Assembly (NCBI GenBank): GCA_000092065.1
Contig: CP000601.1
DNA: 64,000 nt
DNA from: Ostreococcus lucimarinus
Lineage: Eukaryota
Direction: 5' to 3' (one strand)
Shown: positions 39,799-49,974 of the stretch, in pieces
Layout: each line of letters starts with the position of its first letter
How positions within the stretch are numbered: the stretch's first letter is position 1
The notes under the pieces: model-generated
Seen by the model: the letters and a program-made list of their open reading frames with translations, nothing else
The model's database searches: none
What the model was told of the DNA's origin: nothing
Position numbers and translations under genes: made by a program

Positions 39799-40370
39799 AC
39801 GCGCGCGATGACTTTGACGGGACGAAGACGACGAGGTTCAACGCGATGGTTGAGGATGTGCGCGTACGTACGTGACGCGACGCAGCGAAAGGGCTGATGT
39901 TATTGGCTCGCTGCGTCGTCGATGGAAACGAACGCGGCGTCCGACGCCGCCGTCGCCGGAACGCGACGTCGTCTTCTCGAGTTTACTTTATATACAGAAT
40001 AAGCGTCGTGCCGCGTCTCGCGACGCGCGGACAAAGGCGGCGTTAGGCGGAGTTTCGTCGATCGATCGTTTTGATTTCCGTTTCTTTCGTCCCCCGAACC
40101 TTTGTGAATACATTTACGCAACGACGAAGAAAAATAAAACCGCGGCGCTCGTCTTCTCGTCCTCCGCCAAACGAACGAACGAATGATGCGCTCTTAAAAT
40201 TTAAAAATTAAAAACGGTGATTAATTGCTATTGCTGCGCTGCGCGTGCGAGGAGATGGATACAGTGAATTGAAATTTGTTGTAATCGACGCGCCGGGCGT
40301 TTCAGCCGCCCCGACGGGCGTTTCAGCCGCCCCGACGCGAAATTCGAGGCGCGGGATTCGTCCGCGTCTC

Positions 40371-41564
40371 TTAACGGCAGTGTTCCGGGACGAAGCCCGC
40401 AGGCGGCTCGACGAAATTCTCCGGCAACTCGGTGTGACCGACGTGGAACGGATTGGCTTGTCGAATACCCATGGAAGACAGGGTGTGATTGACGTGGGAG
40501 TGCGACGCTTCGTCGGCGCGCACGGCGATGATTAAATCGCGCACCGTGGCGTCGTCGGGCATTCGCCAGTATTTAATCGCGAGCTTGGGCGCGGGCATCG
40601 TCGCCCATTCGCTCGCGGGACCGTCGCCGTCGATGTCGTGCAACGCGTGCGTGTACGTGCGCACGGCTTCCTCTTCAAGATACCCCACGAATCGATGGCA
40701 CGTTCGCGGAGAAATCAGATACGACAGAAAAAAGGCGTTGAAAAACACCCCTTGCGCGCCGAGGACGGCGAGTCGAAACATCAGCCCTGGTTCGCGAAGC
40801 TTCAGGAACGTCAGCAAGTGCATGCGTTCGTTTTCCGCTTCCTCGAGCAAGGTGTGAATCCAACCGTGATCGCGCTTGAGCGTGCGCAGAGACATCATGT
40901 GTCGCAGCATCGCGCCCACCATGCCGGGCACCCCCGCGACGGTTTCCAAAAAGATGAATCTCATCAACCATCCATCCGTGGTGAGCGATTTCTTCGGCGT
41001 GTACCCGGTGACTTTATCGAACGACCATCGCGAGAATTGCACCAACCCGTACGCCAAGTAATCGCGCACGTGTCTCGGCTGTCGATGCGCCGGTTTCACG
41101 TTTTCCACCTGTCGCAAGTCGTACTGCGGGTGAAACAGCATGTACGAGTCCGCGCTCCGCGCCATCGCGGCCGCTAATTTCGCGCTCGCCGCCTCGCTCG
41201 CCTCATCTCGCACCACCTCCGCCGCTCGCGCGCTCGCCTCGCTCGTCGACGACGCGAACGTCCGTCCCTTCCCCCCCCCCGTCGACGCCCCCGCGCGCGC
41301 ACCCTCCCTCGCGCGCGCGCCTCGCTCGCCCGCGCACCGTGCGCACGCGCACGCGCGCGTCCTCGGCGCTCCCATCGCGCGCGCTCCGACGCATCGCCAT
41401 TTCATTTCCGGTCCACGCGCCGCCGTCGTCGCGAATCGCGTCGCGCGCGCCGTCACCGCGCGATCCGTCGTCGTCGTCGTCGTCGTCGTCGTCATCGCCC
41501 ATCGCGCGTCGCGTCCTCGGTCGCGCGTCGCGCGTCGCGCGAGTTCCTCCCACGCGCGTCGCAT
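40371..41564 (-). CDS. AOX: Mitochondrial alternative oxidase (AOX).
   Basis: LETVAGVPGMVGAMLRHMMSLR...LEEAENERMHLLTFL...QGVFFNAFFLSYLISPRTCHRFVGYLEEEAVRTYT...RADEASHSHVNH carries the di-iron carboxylate E/H motifs of AOX. The N-terminus has a poly-Thr tract from (ACG)n. Confidence 0.9.
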   Translation of the reverse strand: MRRAWEELARRATRDRGRDARWAMTTTTTTTTTDRAVTARATRFATTAARGPEMKWRCVGARAMGAPRTRACACARCAGERGARAREGARAGASTGGGKGRTFASSTSEASARAAEVVRDEASEAASAKLAAAMARSADSYMLFHPQYDLRQVENVKPAHRQPRHVRDYLAYGLVQFSRWSFDKVTGYTPKKSLTTDGWLMRFIFLETVAGVPGMVGAMLRHMMSLRTLKRDHGWIHTLLEEAENERMHLLTFLKLREPGLMFRLAVLGAQGVFFNAFFLSYLISPRTCHRFVGYLEEEAVRTYTHALHDIDGDGPASEWATMPAPKLAIKYWRMPDDATVRDLIIAVRADEASHSHVNHTLSSMGIRQANPFHVGHTELPENFVEPPAGFVPEHCR

Positions 41565-41997
41565 GCCGGGTCGTCGTCGCCGCGTCGCGCCCCGTCGCGT
41601 CGGTCGCGCGTCGCGTCGAGTCGCGATGTGCGACGCCGTCGCGCGCGCGCGGACGAGGCACCCTGGATGCGGTCGTCGGTCGTCCCGTCACTTCCGGGTA
41701 TTTAGGGTTTAGGGTCGGGCGCGCCGGTCGTCGCTTCCGGGTGTGCGCGCGCGCGACGCGTCCGTCGCGTCCGGCGCGCGCGGCGCGCGAGTTCGCGACG
41801 CGATTCGATCGCGGCGACGGCGACGACGCGGATACGACGCGCGCGCGCGCGACGGGGGCGGATCGCGCGCGCGCGCGCGACGCGCGCGTCGAATTCCGAT
41901 TCGCGCGCCCGAGGCGGCGTTCGATTGGATTGGATTGGATTCGATCGATCGACGCGAGCGACGGCGCGGATCTCGACCGGCGCGATCACCGCGCGCG

Positions 41998-43371
41998 ATG
42001 GTGCGGCGAGGACGAACGGGCGTCGCGCGGGCGGCGCTGGGCGCGGCGTGCGCGGTGGTGGCGGTGGCGATGACGGCGGCGACGGCGGAGGCGCGGATCG
42101 CGACGTACGAGGTGTCCAAGGACGATAGGAGCTTGATTTTACTGCGCGAACCGTTCGGGTTCGCGGTGGGGGGGACGATGGAGATCGCGCTGAAAGAATC
42201 GCGCGTGTACCTGCCCGAACACGCGCCGCCGCTGGATAAGACAAAGCTCGGGTTTTTCATCACCGAGGCCAAGGACGAGGGCGCGCTCGACGCCGCGCTC
42301 GAGGACGGGGCGTGCGTGTTGGACGTGGATTTCGTCGATCAGGCGTTCACGTTCGCGGATATGGACGCGCAGTTGAAGAAGGGTGAGCGGGAGGTGAGTT
42401 CGTACGAGTTCATGAAGGAGATAAAGGTGCCGGGGGATTACATGCTGTTTTTCGCCAGCTGCGCGCCGCACACGGTGGTGTCGTTTGAGATCACGACGAC
42501 GTTTGCGAATAAAGACGCCAGGGGGCGTAATGATTACTTGGGAGCGGGCGAGAAGTCGTTACCGAGCGTGTATTACTTGTTCTTTTTGTTGGACACGTGC
42601 GCGGCCGTGGCGTGGGCGTTCATTCTCGGTCGAGCGAACGGGCAGCGCGGCGTGCGAAAGATTCACTGGCTCATGCTCGCGCTCGTGTGTTTCAAGACGC
42701 TCTCCGTGCTCGCGCAGGCGGGGCGGTATCACATCACGCGACTCACTGGGTCATCGCGTGGATGGACGGCGGCGTACTACGTCTTCACCGTCTGTCGGTC
42801 GATGCTCATGTTTAGCGTCATCGCCCTCGTGGGCATGGGGTGGAGCTTCTTGAAGCCGTTTTTGCACCAGCGCGAGAAGAATTTGCTCATGGCCGTGATC
42901 CCGCTCCAAGTGCTGGCCAACATAGCCGCGGTCGTGATAGGCGAAGAAGGTCCCGCCGATCAAGGCTGGTTCGCGTGGCAAAACATGTTCATCGTCATCG
43001 ACATCATGTGCTGCTGCGCCGTGTTGGTGCCGATTGTGTGGAGCATCAAGCACTTGCGCGACACCTCGGATTCGAGCGAGAAGAAGGCGAGGAATTTGGA
43101 AAAGCTGTTACTGTTCCGTCACTTTTACGTCATGACCGTGGCGTACATCTACTTCACTCGCATCATCGTCTACTTGCTCAAGTCCACGGTGGAGTACGAG
43201 TTGCGCTGGACGGCGGCGTTTTTCAACGAGCTCGCGACGCTGGCGTACTACGTCGCCACGGGCTACATGTTCAGACCGGAGGAAGAAAACATGTACTTTT
43301 CGCTCAAACACGACGAAGACGAGGACGGGGTAGAGATGAGCGACAGGGCTCGTTGGGGGGACGCGGTGTAG
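41998..43371 (+). CDS. Lung seven-transmembrane receptor family protein (GPR107/GPR108/TMEM87-like).
   Basis: A signal peptide (MVRRGRTGVARAALGAACAVVAVAMTAATAEA), a luminal domain, then seven TMs including the conserved IVIDIMCCCAVLVPIVWSIKHLR ... LLLFRHFYVMTVAYIYFTRIIVYLL ... AFFNELATLAYYVATGYMFRP. Confidence 0.8.
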   Translation: MVRRGRTGVARAALGAACAVVAVAMTAATAEARIATYEVSKDDRSLILLREPFGFAVGGTMEIALKESRVYLPEHAPPLDKTKLGFFITEAKDEGALDAALEDGACVLDVDFVDQAFTFADMDAQLKKGEREVSSYEFMKEIKVPGDYMLFFASCAPHTVVSFEITTTFANKDARGRNDYLGAGEKSLPSVYYLFFLLDTCAAVAWAFILGRANGQRGVRKIHWLMLALVCFKTLSVLAQAGRYHITRLTGSSRGWTAAYYVFTVCRSMLMFSVIALVGMGWSFLKPFLHQREKNLLMAVIPLQVLANIAAVVIGEEGPADQGWFAWQNMFIVIDIMCCCAVLVPIVWSIKHLRDTSDSSEKKARNLEKLLLFRHFYVMTVAYIYFTRIIVYLLKSTVEYELRWTAAFFNELATLAYYVATGYMFRPEEENMYFSLKHDEDEDGVEMSDRARWGDAV

Positions 43372-43438
43372 CGCGGCGAGTCGCTGCTTTCGTGCGTAGT
43401 CGATTTAATTGTTTTACAGCAAAGCGAGGACGGCCACT

Positions 43439-43882
43439 TCATTCGAACTTCCGCACGTTCGACATCTCGTCTAACATCGCTTGAATCCCTTCCTCGGTCA
43501 ACCCGCGATCTTCCTGCTCCAAGCTCGGCACTAAAGTCTTCGCCTCGTCCCAATCCTGCGGCTTCAAGTTTGAGATCGCCGCGCCTTCAAAGTCGTGCAA
43601 CCCTGAATTGTTGTGTAATTCCCGAATAGCCGCCGCCGCCGTGCTGCTCGTGTTCCCGCTGAACCGCTTCGCGTACGCTAACGTCTTCTCGAACACCCGC
43701 GTGCGCGTCGTCGACGTCTCCTCCGCTTGTTCGGCGTCGTCGGCGACTTTCGACTCGCACACGATCTTCACCTCGGCGAGCGACAAGCAGTTGGCGTCGT
43801 CGAAATCGGGACCGAGTCGCAGTTCCCCGGCGTCCTCGACGTCTTCCGCGGACTTTCTTCCTATGCACAGCGCGGCGGACAT
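43439..43882 (-). CDS. RPB4: RNA polymerase II subunit RPB4.
   Basis: VFEKTLAYAKRFSGNTSSTAAAAIRELHNNSGLHDFEGAAISNLKPQDWDEAKTLVPSLEQEDRGLTEEGIQAMLDEMSNVRKFE is co-linear with human and yeast RPB4. The ATG is at 43882. Confidence 0.75.
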   Translation of the reverse strand: MSAALCIGRKSAEDVEDAGELRLGPDFDDANCLSLAEVKIVCESKVADDAEQAEETSTTRTRVFEKTLAYAKRFSGNTSSTAAAAIRELHNNSGLHDFEGAAISNLKPQDWDEAKTLVPSLEQEDRGLTEEGIQAMLDEMSNVRKFE

Positions 43883-44048
43883 CGAGTCGCGCGCGAGTCC
43901 GAGACTGCGGATCTTCAAGTAGGGTTGTGGTGCGAGGCGGCGCGGCGAGCGTCGAGCCGCGCGAGCGGCGTCGTCTTACAAATCGTCTAACGTACAATCG
44001 CTCCCTCGAGCGCGCGCGCGCGCGCGAGCGAGACCGCGAATTTCTGCT

Positions 44049-44266
44049 TCAGTACACGTCCCTCGCCGCGACGCGATGCCCGCGCTTGAGTTTCTTCCTA
44101 TCCGCCTTGACGCCTCGTCGCTCGACGTGCGACAGCGCCTTGTCCAGGGCGGCTCTCTTGCGCTTCGCGATCGCCCTGCGCACCGTCGGCGCGCGTTTCC
44201 GCCCGACGGGCGCCGAGCGCGCCGTCGTCGTCGCGTCGTCCGCCGTCGTCGTCGTCGTCGCGACGC

Positions 44267-44310
<44 letters not shown>

Positions 44311-44426
44311 CCACCGCCGCCGCCGCGCGCCGTCGTCCCCGCGTCGCCGTCCATGCGCACGTCCGCGCCGCGCGCCGCGAGCTTCATCGCGCGAATGCGC
44401 TCTTTCCTTCGCTTCCCCTTGGCCAT
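44049..44426 (-). CDS. Small basic protein with an internal poly-Thr tract. Function unknown.
   Basis: MAKGKRRKERIRAMKLAA...(T)13...RKRAPTVRRAIAKRKRAALDKALSHVERRGVKADRKKLKRGHRVAARDVY. The poly-Thr is encoded by (ACG)n. Confidence 0.4.
44236..44300. repeat. (CGT)n / (ACG)n trinucleotide microsatellite of about 20 units inside the small basic ORF.
   Basis: Read directly. It is poly-V/R/S on one strand and poly-T/D on the other. Confidence 0.5.
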
Positions 44427-44455
44427 GTCGGCGATCGCGCGCCGCGCGCGCCGCG

Positions 44456-45190
44456 ATGGCGCCGCGACGCCGCGACGGCACTTCGATGCGCGCGTCTCGC
44501 GTCGCGCGCGAATTCCGGGGCGTCGTCGAGCGCTCCAGCGCGTCGTACGCCGCGTCGTCGTCGCCGCGATGGCGAAGACGCTCGTCCGACGGCGAGGACG
44601 CGCGCGAGGACGCGACGCCGGAATCCGACGACGCGTTCGAGGCGATGATGGCGATGGATGACGCGTACGGCTCGGGCGTCATGAGTGAGGAAAAGTCGGG
44701 TCGTCCTCGAGAGAGCGCGGCGGAGAAGGCGAAGCGCGTGGCGGCAGAGTTAGCGAAGAGAGGCATCCTAGTCGGCGATCGCGTGCGCGTGGACGTGCGC
44801 GTGGGGGCACCGCTGCCGGCGCGATCGAAAAAGTTCGCGTCGGACGCCGGCGCGGCGTCGGACGCCGGCGCGACGACGTCGACGTCGACGACGGATTCGA
44901 CGGCGACGAAGCGTCGATTCATCACGCGGGCGGTGCACGGATACGTCGTGTGCGTGCGAAACGGCCGCGCGGGGGTGAAACGCACCGGGCGCGGGGACAC
45001 GGAGACGTCGTTTCCCACGTATCCGACGGCGTGGTGCACGGCGCTCGACGTCGGCGAGCTTTGGGAGATGTGCACGGGGCCGCGCAACCTCGCCGGGGTT
45101 TCGGGCGCGAGCGACGAGGCGTTGGCGGAGTATCTCAAGGCCACGGGGCAGTCGAGCGACGAGGAGGAGGAGGAAGAGGCTCGCTCGTGA
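44456..45190 (+). CDS. Hypothetical protein (244 aa) with an acidic C-terminus.
   Basis: ATG ORF of reasonable composition (…RFITRAVHGYVVCVRNGRAGVKRTGRGDTETSFPTYPTAWCTALDVGELWEMCTGPRNLAG…). No family recognised. Confidence 0.4.
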   Translation: MAPRRRDGTSMRASRVAREFRGVVERSSASYAASSSPRWRRRSSDGEDAREDATPESDDAFEAMMAMDDAYGSGVMSEEKSGRPRESAAEKAKRVAAELAKRGILVGDRVRVDVRVGAPLPARSKKFASDAGAASDAGATTSTSTTDSTATKRRFITRAVHGYVVCVRNGRAGVKRTGRGDTETSFPTYPTAWCTALDVGELWEMCTGPRNLAGVSGASDEALAEYLKATGQSSDEEEEEEARS

Positions 45191-45623
45191 CCGGAGGCTA
45201 CAGACGTCGCGGGCGACTAGCGTTCGCGACGTCGCAGGCGCGTCGTAGGTAAAAGTGTAATTCTAGCGCATCTTAGTTTGCAGTGGCGACCGCGCGCCGC
45301 GAGCGCGAAGTCCGACGACGCGAGCGAGACCAACGTCGGGCAAAAGTATGACGGTACGCGGATTCGAGCCGCGGTTTTTGCGGTATTGTTGAGGTGTACT
45401 TGTGCGCGTATTTAACGCGCCAGAATTCCATGTGTTTCCACAACGCAAGGTACTAACCACTATACGATACCGTCTCCGATTCCCGAGGGACTCTTGACGG
45501 GTTACGAACCATCAGCGCCGGGTCTCGCGCGTTTTCTCGCGTTCGCATTGTTACAGGCGCGCGACTTTCGGCGCGCGCGTCTCGCCGCGCGGAACACCCG
45601 CATTGCGCGCTCGTCTGCGTTCG

Positions 45624-46646
45624 ATGCCTTCGCCACCTCCGACCGTGCCCAAGGCGCGCCCGCGTTGCGGTGAACCCCGCCGCGTGCTCGTCACCGGTGG
45701 TGCCGGCTTCGTCGGGTCGCACCTCGTCGACGCGCTGTTGAAACGCGGCGACGAAGTCATCGTCATGGACAACTTTTTCACCGGCTCGCAGCGCAACTTG
45801 GAGCACTTGAAGGGGAATCCAAAGTTTGAAATCATCCGACACGACATCGTGACGCCGTTCTTGGTGGAGATCGACGAAGTGTATCACTTGGCGTGCCCGG
45901 CGTCGCCGATTCATTACAAATTCAATCCGGTGAAGACGATCAAAACCAACGTCTTGGGGACTATGAACGCGCTCGGGCTCGCGAAGCGGTGCAAGGCGAA
46001 ATTCTTGCTCACGAGCACGTCTGAGGTGTACGGCGATCCGCTCGAGCACCCGCAGACGGAATCGTACTGGGGCAACGTCAATCCGATCGGCGAACGCGCG
46101 TGTTACGATGAGGGCAAACGGTGCGCTGAAACGTTGGCGTTCGATTACCATCGCGAGCACGGTTTGGAAATTCGAGTGGCGAGAATTTTCAACACGTACG
46201 GACCGCGCATGGCGATGGATGACGGGCGCGTGGTGTCCAACTTCGTCGCGCAAGCGCTGGAGGGCAAACCTATGACAATCTACGGTGATGGCACGCAGAC
46301 GCGCTCGTTTCAATACGTCTCTGACCTAGTCGCCGGACTCATCGCGTTGATGGACAACGACTCGGGCTTCGTCGGTCCGGTGAATCTCGGTAACCCCGGT
46401 GAATTCACGATGCTCGAACTCGCGGAGAAGGTGCGCGAAGTCGTGAACCCGAACGCGGAAATCGTGTTCTGCGAGAACACCTCGGACGATCCGAGTCGGC
46501 GCAAGCCAGACATTTCGCTCGCGAAGGAAAAATTAGGCGGTTGGGAACCGAAGGTGAAGCTCGAGGACGGGCTCAAGCTCATGGTGGAAGATTTCCGGGA
46601 GAGAATCGAAGATAAGCGGGCGCGAGACGCGGCGGGAGGACGATGA
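45624..46646 (+). CDS. UXS: UDP-glucuronate decarboxylase (UDP-xylose synthase, UXS).
   Basis: [42 protein letters not shown]...[36 protein letters not shown]...[12 protein letters not shown]...[11 protein letters not shown] carries the SDR Rossmann and catalytic YxxxK/T motifs of UXS. Confidence 0.9.
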   Translation: MPSPPPTVPKARPRCGEPRRVLVTGGAGFVGSHLVDALLKRGDEVIVMDNFFTGSQRNLEHLKGNPKFEIIRHDIVTPFLVEIDEVYHLACPASPIHYKFNPVKTIKTNVLGTMNALGLAKRCKAKFLLTSTSEVYGDPLEHPQTESYWGNVNPIGERACYDEGKRCAETLAFDYHREHGLEIRVARIFNTYGPRMAMDDGRVVSNFVAQALEGKPMTIYGDGTQTRSFQYVSDLVAGLIALMDNDSGFVGPVNLGNPGEFTMLELAEKVREVVNPNAEIVFCENTSDDPSRRKPDISLAKEKLGGWEPKVKLEDGLKLMVEDFRERIEDKRARDAAGGR

Positions 46647-46780
46647 GCGCCGTACTTCTTAGATGATTATGTTGTAATCTTACGTAACGGTGGCCGAGGT
46701 GTGTCGATGCACGGATTATTGTCGTCTCCGTTAAAAAATAGCTCGAGCGCGCTGTGCTTCGTGGTATCGCTTGGCTTAGC

Positions 46781-47649
46781 TTAGATGGCCTTGAAGTATT
46801 CCTTGGAACCCTTCGGATCCGGCTTCATCGTCGCCGCACCCGGGGTCCAGCCCGCCGGGCAGACTTCATCCGGGTTGTTTTGCACGTGCTGGATGGCTTG
46901 AAGCACGCGCAGCGTTTCGTCGACGGAGCGGCCAAACGGAGCGTTGTTGACGGTGCTGTGCTGAATGACGCCTTCGCGATCGATGATGTACAAACCACGG
47001 AGCGCGGTGCCGTCTTCGTAAAGGACGTCGTAAGCCTCGGTGATTTCGCGCTTAAGGTCGCTCACGAGCGGGTACGCCAAGTCGCCGAGACCGCCGTCGT
47101 TGCGGTCCGTTTGCAACCACGCCAAGTGGGAAAACTTGGAGTCGACGCTGCAGCCGAGAACTTCGGTGTTGAGCTTGGCGAACTCTTCGTAACGATCAGA
47201 GAACGCGGTGATTTCCGTCGGGCACACAAAGGTGAAATCGAGCGGGTAGAAGAACAACACCACGTACTTGCCTCGGTAATCGCTGAGCTTGATGTCTTGG
47301 AACTCTTGGTCGAAGACGGCTTCGGCGCTGAAGTCCGGCGCTTCGTACCCGACCAACGGCTTGCGCGCTTGCTGCGAGTCGGAAATCGTGGTAACGGTGA
47401 TCGTCAGTCTTCGCCCGTGTCCTCGCGGCCTCCCTCCGCGATCCTCGGCCGGCTCGACCGTTCGCGCGGGCTTCTTTATCCTTCCCCGATCGCATCGTCG
47501 TTCGCGCCGTCGTCGTCCGTCGTCGCTTCGCCTCGCCTCGCGCGCACCACGCGAACGGTCGATCGCGAGAAGTTTTTGTTCGCGCGCCGCGCCTTCAGCC
47601 CCGCCGTGGTCGGGGTGAACGCAGAGGTGCTCGTCATCGCGCTCGCCAT
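46781..47649 (-). CDS. Typical 2-Cys peroxiredoxin (BAS1-like, plastid). Mature-protein exon 46781..47371. A probable transit-peptide exon at about 47551..47649, with an intron of about 179 nt.
   Basis: [38 protein letters not shown]...[20 protein letters not shown]...VCPAGW carries the peroxidatic and resolving Cys motifs. The track ORF upstream of [14 protein letters not shown] is low-complexity D/R-rich and has no sensible ATG. An ATG-initiated ORF ([33 protein letters not shown], too short for the track) has GTGGTG or GTGCGC donors in phase 0, and the acceptor ccacgatttccgactcgcag lies directly before QARKPLVG. Confidence 0.8.
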
Positions 47650-48064
47650 CGTCGTCGTCGTCGTCTCGAAAGTGACGTCGCGTCGACGTCGATCGCCGAC
47701 CGCGCGGTCGGGGAAATCCGATTTTCGACGCGCGCGGCCAACACCTGGAAATCAATCTTAATCTTGCGACGGACGACGACCGCACTCCGAGGACACCGAC
47801 ACGACGGCGACGCACGCCCGATTGACGTTATCGCACGCACACCGCACGCGCATTCACCTTCACCTTCACCACCGCACCGCGCGCTCGCGGCGACGAGGCG
47901 CTCCGGACGCGCGCGCGCGCGTCGCGCATTCGCGCGCGCGAAGCGCTGGGCACGGCGAGCGATTCGTGTCGAGCGGTCGACGCGACGACGACGACGACGA
48001 TAAGGGCGCGCGCGGCGCGCGCATCGGTGACACCGAACCCGCGCGCGCGATCGGTCGACGCTCG

Positions 48065-49159
48065 ATGTCGGTCGAGATGACGCGGGGAGCGTTGGAAATC
48101 GGGGAGACGACGCTGGAGCGATACTTGGACGCCGCGCTCGCCGCGAGGGCGGCGTCGAGCGAAGGCGCGGCGTCGAGCGCGATCGCAGAGGATGAGGCGA
48201 GCGTGGTGCGATCCATGGCGAAGGCGTGCGTGCGCATAGGAGGATTCGTGCGGCGCGCTGGGTTGAAGGACGTCAAGGCGTTCGTCGAGGGGAAGAACGG
48301 CGCCGTCAACGTGCACGGCGAAGAGCAAGCGGCGCTGGACGACGCCGCGCACGAAGTGTGCGTGAAAGAATTAATACAGGGAGGGCGATGCGCGTGGATC
48401 GCGAGCGAGGAGAGCGAAGATATCGTCACCGCGAACGTCGACGGACGAATCGCCGTCGTTTTCGATCCTTTGGATGGAAGCTCGAACATCGAGTGCGGCG
48501 TCGGCGTCGGGACGATTTTCGGGCTCGTCGACGTCGGCGCGGAATCATCGCCGGAGCACGTGTACGCGCGTCCCGGACGAGACATGTCTACCGTCGGTTA
48601 CGTTTTGTACGGCGCGTCGATGGTGCTCGTTTTGAGCTTCATGTCGGAGGACGCTCACGGCGGCGTGTGCGCGTTTACGTACGACGCCGATCGCGACGCG
48701 TTCGTGCTGACGAAGCGCGATATTCGGATTCCCGAGAGCGGCAACGTGTACAGCGTGAACCAGGCGAACTATAAAAAGTGGGACGACGCCACGCGAGCGT
48801 ACATTGATGAGTGCGCGAGCTCAAAATCTCTTCGCTACATCGGTTCCATGGTCGCAGACGTGCACCGCACGTTGCTCTACGGCGGCACGTTTCATTACCC
48901 GGCGTGTTCGTCAAACGCTCAAGGAAAGCTTCGCGCCGTGTACGAATGCTTTCCCATGGCTGCCATAATAGAGCGCGCGGGTGGTCTGGCTATATCTGGC
49001 GCCAACGATAGCGTGTTGAGTTTCGTTCCGTCCACCGCGCACTCGCGAATGCCCTTCCACTGCGGCAGCGCCCGAGACATCGAGCGTCTGGATGAAATCC
49101 TCTCGAGCGAAGTCCGGGCGGGGAAGAAAGGACGCGTCTCCTCGCCGTCACCGCGATGA
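48065..49159 (+). CDS. FBP: Fructose-1,6-bisphosphatase (class I FBPase/SBPase family; N-terminus looks cytosolic).
   Basis: IAVVFDPLDGSSNIECGVGVGTIFGL; YVLYGASMVLVLS; GKLRAVYECFPMAAIIERAGGLAISG. The first ATG (MSVEMTRGAL) is at 48065, and the track start at 47822 lies in upstream low complexity. Confidence 0.85.
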   Translation: MSVEMTRGALEIGETTLERYLDAALAARAASSEGAASSAIAEDEASVVRSMAKACVRIGGFVRRAGLKDVKAFVEGKNGAVNVHGEEQAALDDAAHEVCVKELIQGGRCAWIASEESEDIVTANVDGRIAVVFDPLDGSSNIECGVGVGTIFGLVDVGAESSPEHVYARPGRDMSTVGYVLYGASMVLVLSFMSEDAHGGVCAFTYDADRDAFVLTKRDIRIPESGNVYSVNQANYKKWDDATRAYIDECASSKSLRYIGSMVADVHRTLLYGGTFHYPACSSNAQGKLRAVYECFPMAAIIERAGGLAISGANDSVLSFVPSTAHSRMPFHCGSARDIERLDEILSSEVRAGKKGRVSSPSPR

Positions 49160-49274
49160 TTTTGAAAGAACGTATTATCTAATATCTATGAATCCGTGTT
49201 TTTGTTCATTTTCACGTAGTACATCGTCGTTGATTAAAAGGTTTGTTCCTAACACTGCCTGGTCATTTCGTCGT

Positions 49275-49974
49275 TTATTCAGCCTTCGTCCCGTTGGCTG
49301 CCGTCGCGGCGTTCTTCTTGTCACCCTTGCCAGCCAAGTTCATCGCGCGCTCAATCGCCTCCGGACCGTGCTTCTTCACGAGTTCTTGAACCTTGGCGAA
49401 TTGCGGGCCCAACTCTTGTTGAATCGCCGCAAAATCACCCTTCTTCAAGTTTTCGGCGTGCTTGTCGATGGACGGCGACAGCTGGTGAAAAATCGGCTGA
49501 ATGCCCTTCTTGTACAGCGTGATGGCACCCTTGAAGCGCGGATTCACCATCCACGCGCAGAATAAAACCTTCATGATGCGGTACGCCGGAATCCTGGTCG
49601 TAGAAAGCGCGAAACGTCACACCGTGCGTCAGTCATCCGTCGTCCCCCCATTCGCTCGCCTCGGCGCGCCTGGCGAGATCTTGCGCGCGGTCGAGCCGGC
49701 GATTATGATCTTTCCCCGTCGTCGCGTCGCGCGCGCGGAAGACGCGTCCGCGCGCGCTCGCACGGCGCATCGCACGCGATCGCCGTCACGCGCACCATCC
49801 CACGACGCCGATCGCCTCGCCGATCGCGAGCGTGAACGCGATCATGAAGTACGTCAACCAGAGCGTGACATCTTCCGGGCCGATGACTTTTCTGTCGAGC
49901 AACTTTAACGCGCTGTACGTCGGGTAGCAGTACCCGACGCCGAATCCGGCGATCTTGAGACCCAATCCGAGCAT
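49275..49974 (-). CDS. HVA22: HVA22/DP1/Yop1-family ER membrane protein. Two exons (49796..49974 and 49275..49593) with an intron 49594..49795 (202 nt).
   Basis: Track ORF 49786..50040 ends ...GVGYCYPTYSALKLLDRKVIGPEDVTLWLTYFMIAFTLAIGEAIGVVGW, which is HVA22 helix 1-2. Track ORF 49275..49574 carries ...IPAYRIMKVLFCAWMVNPRFKGAITLYKKGIQP, which is helix 3. A GTGCGC donor after TG of the Trp codon and the acceptor tttcgcgctttctacgaccag give the junction GVVGW-IPAYRIMKV, co-linear with Arabidopsis HVA22a LIEWLPIWSYMKLILTCWLVIPYFSGA. Confidence 0.8.

Noticed and set aside
43927-44661. Plus-strand 244-aa ORF and minus-strand 348-aa ORF that overlap RPB4, the basic protein and the 44456 ORF
   Set aside because: Low-complexity products of (CGT)n and GC-rich sequence. 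They overlap better-supported genes.
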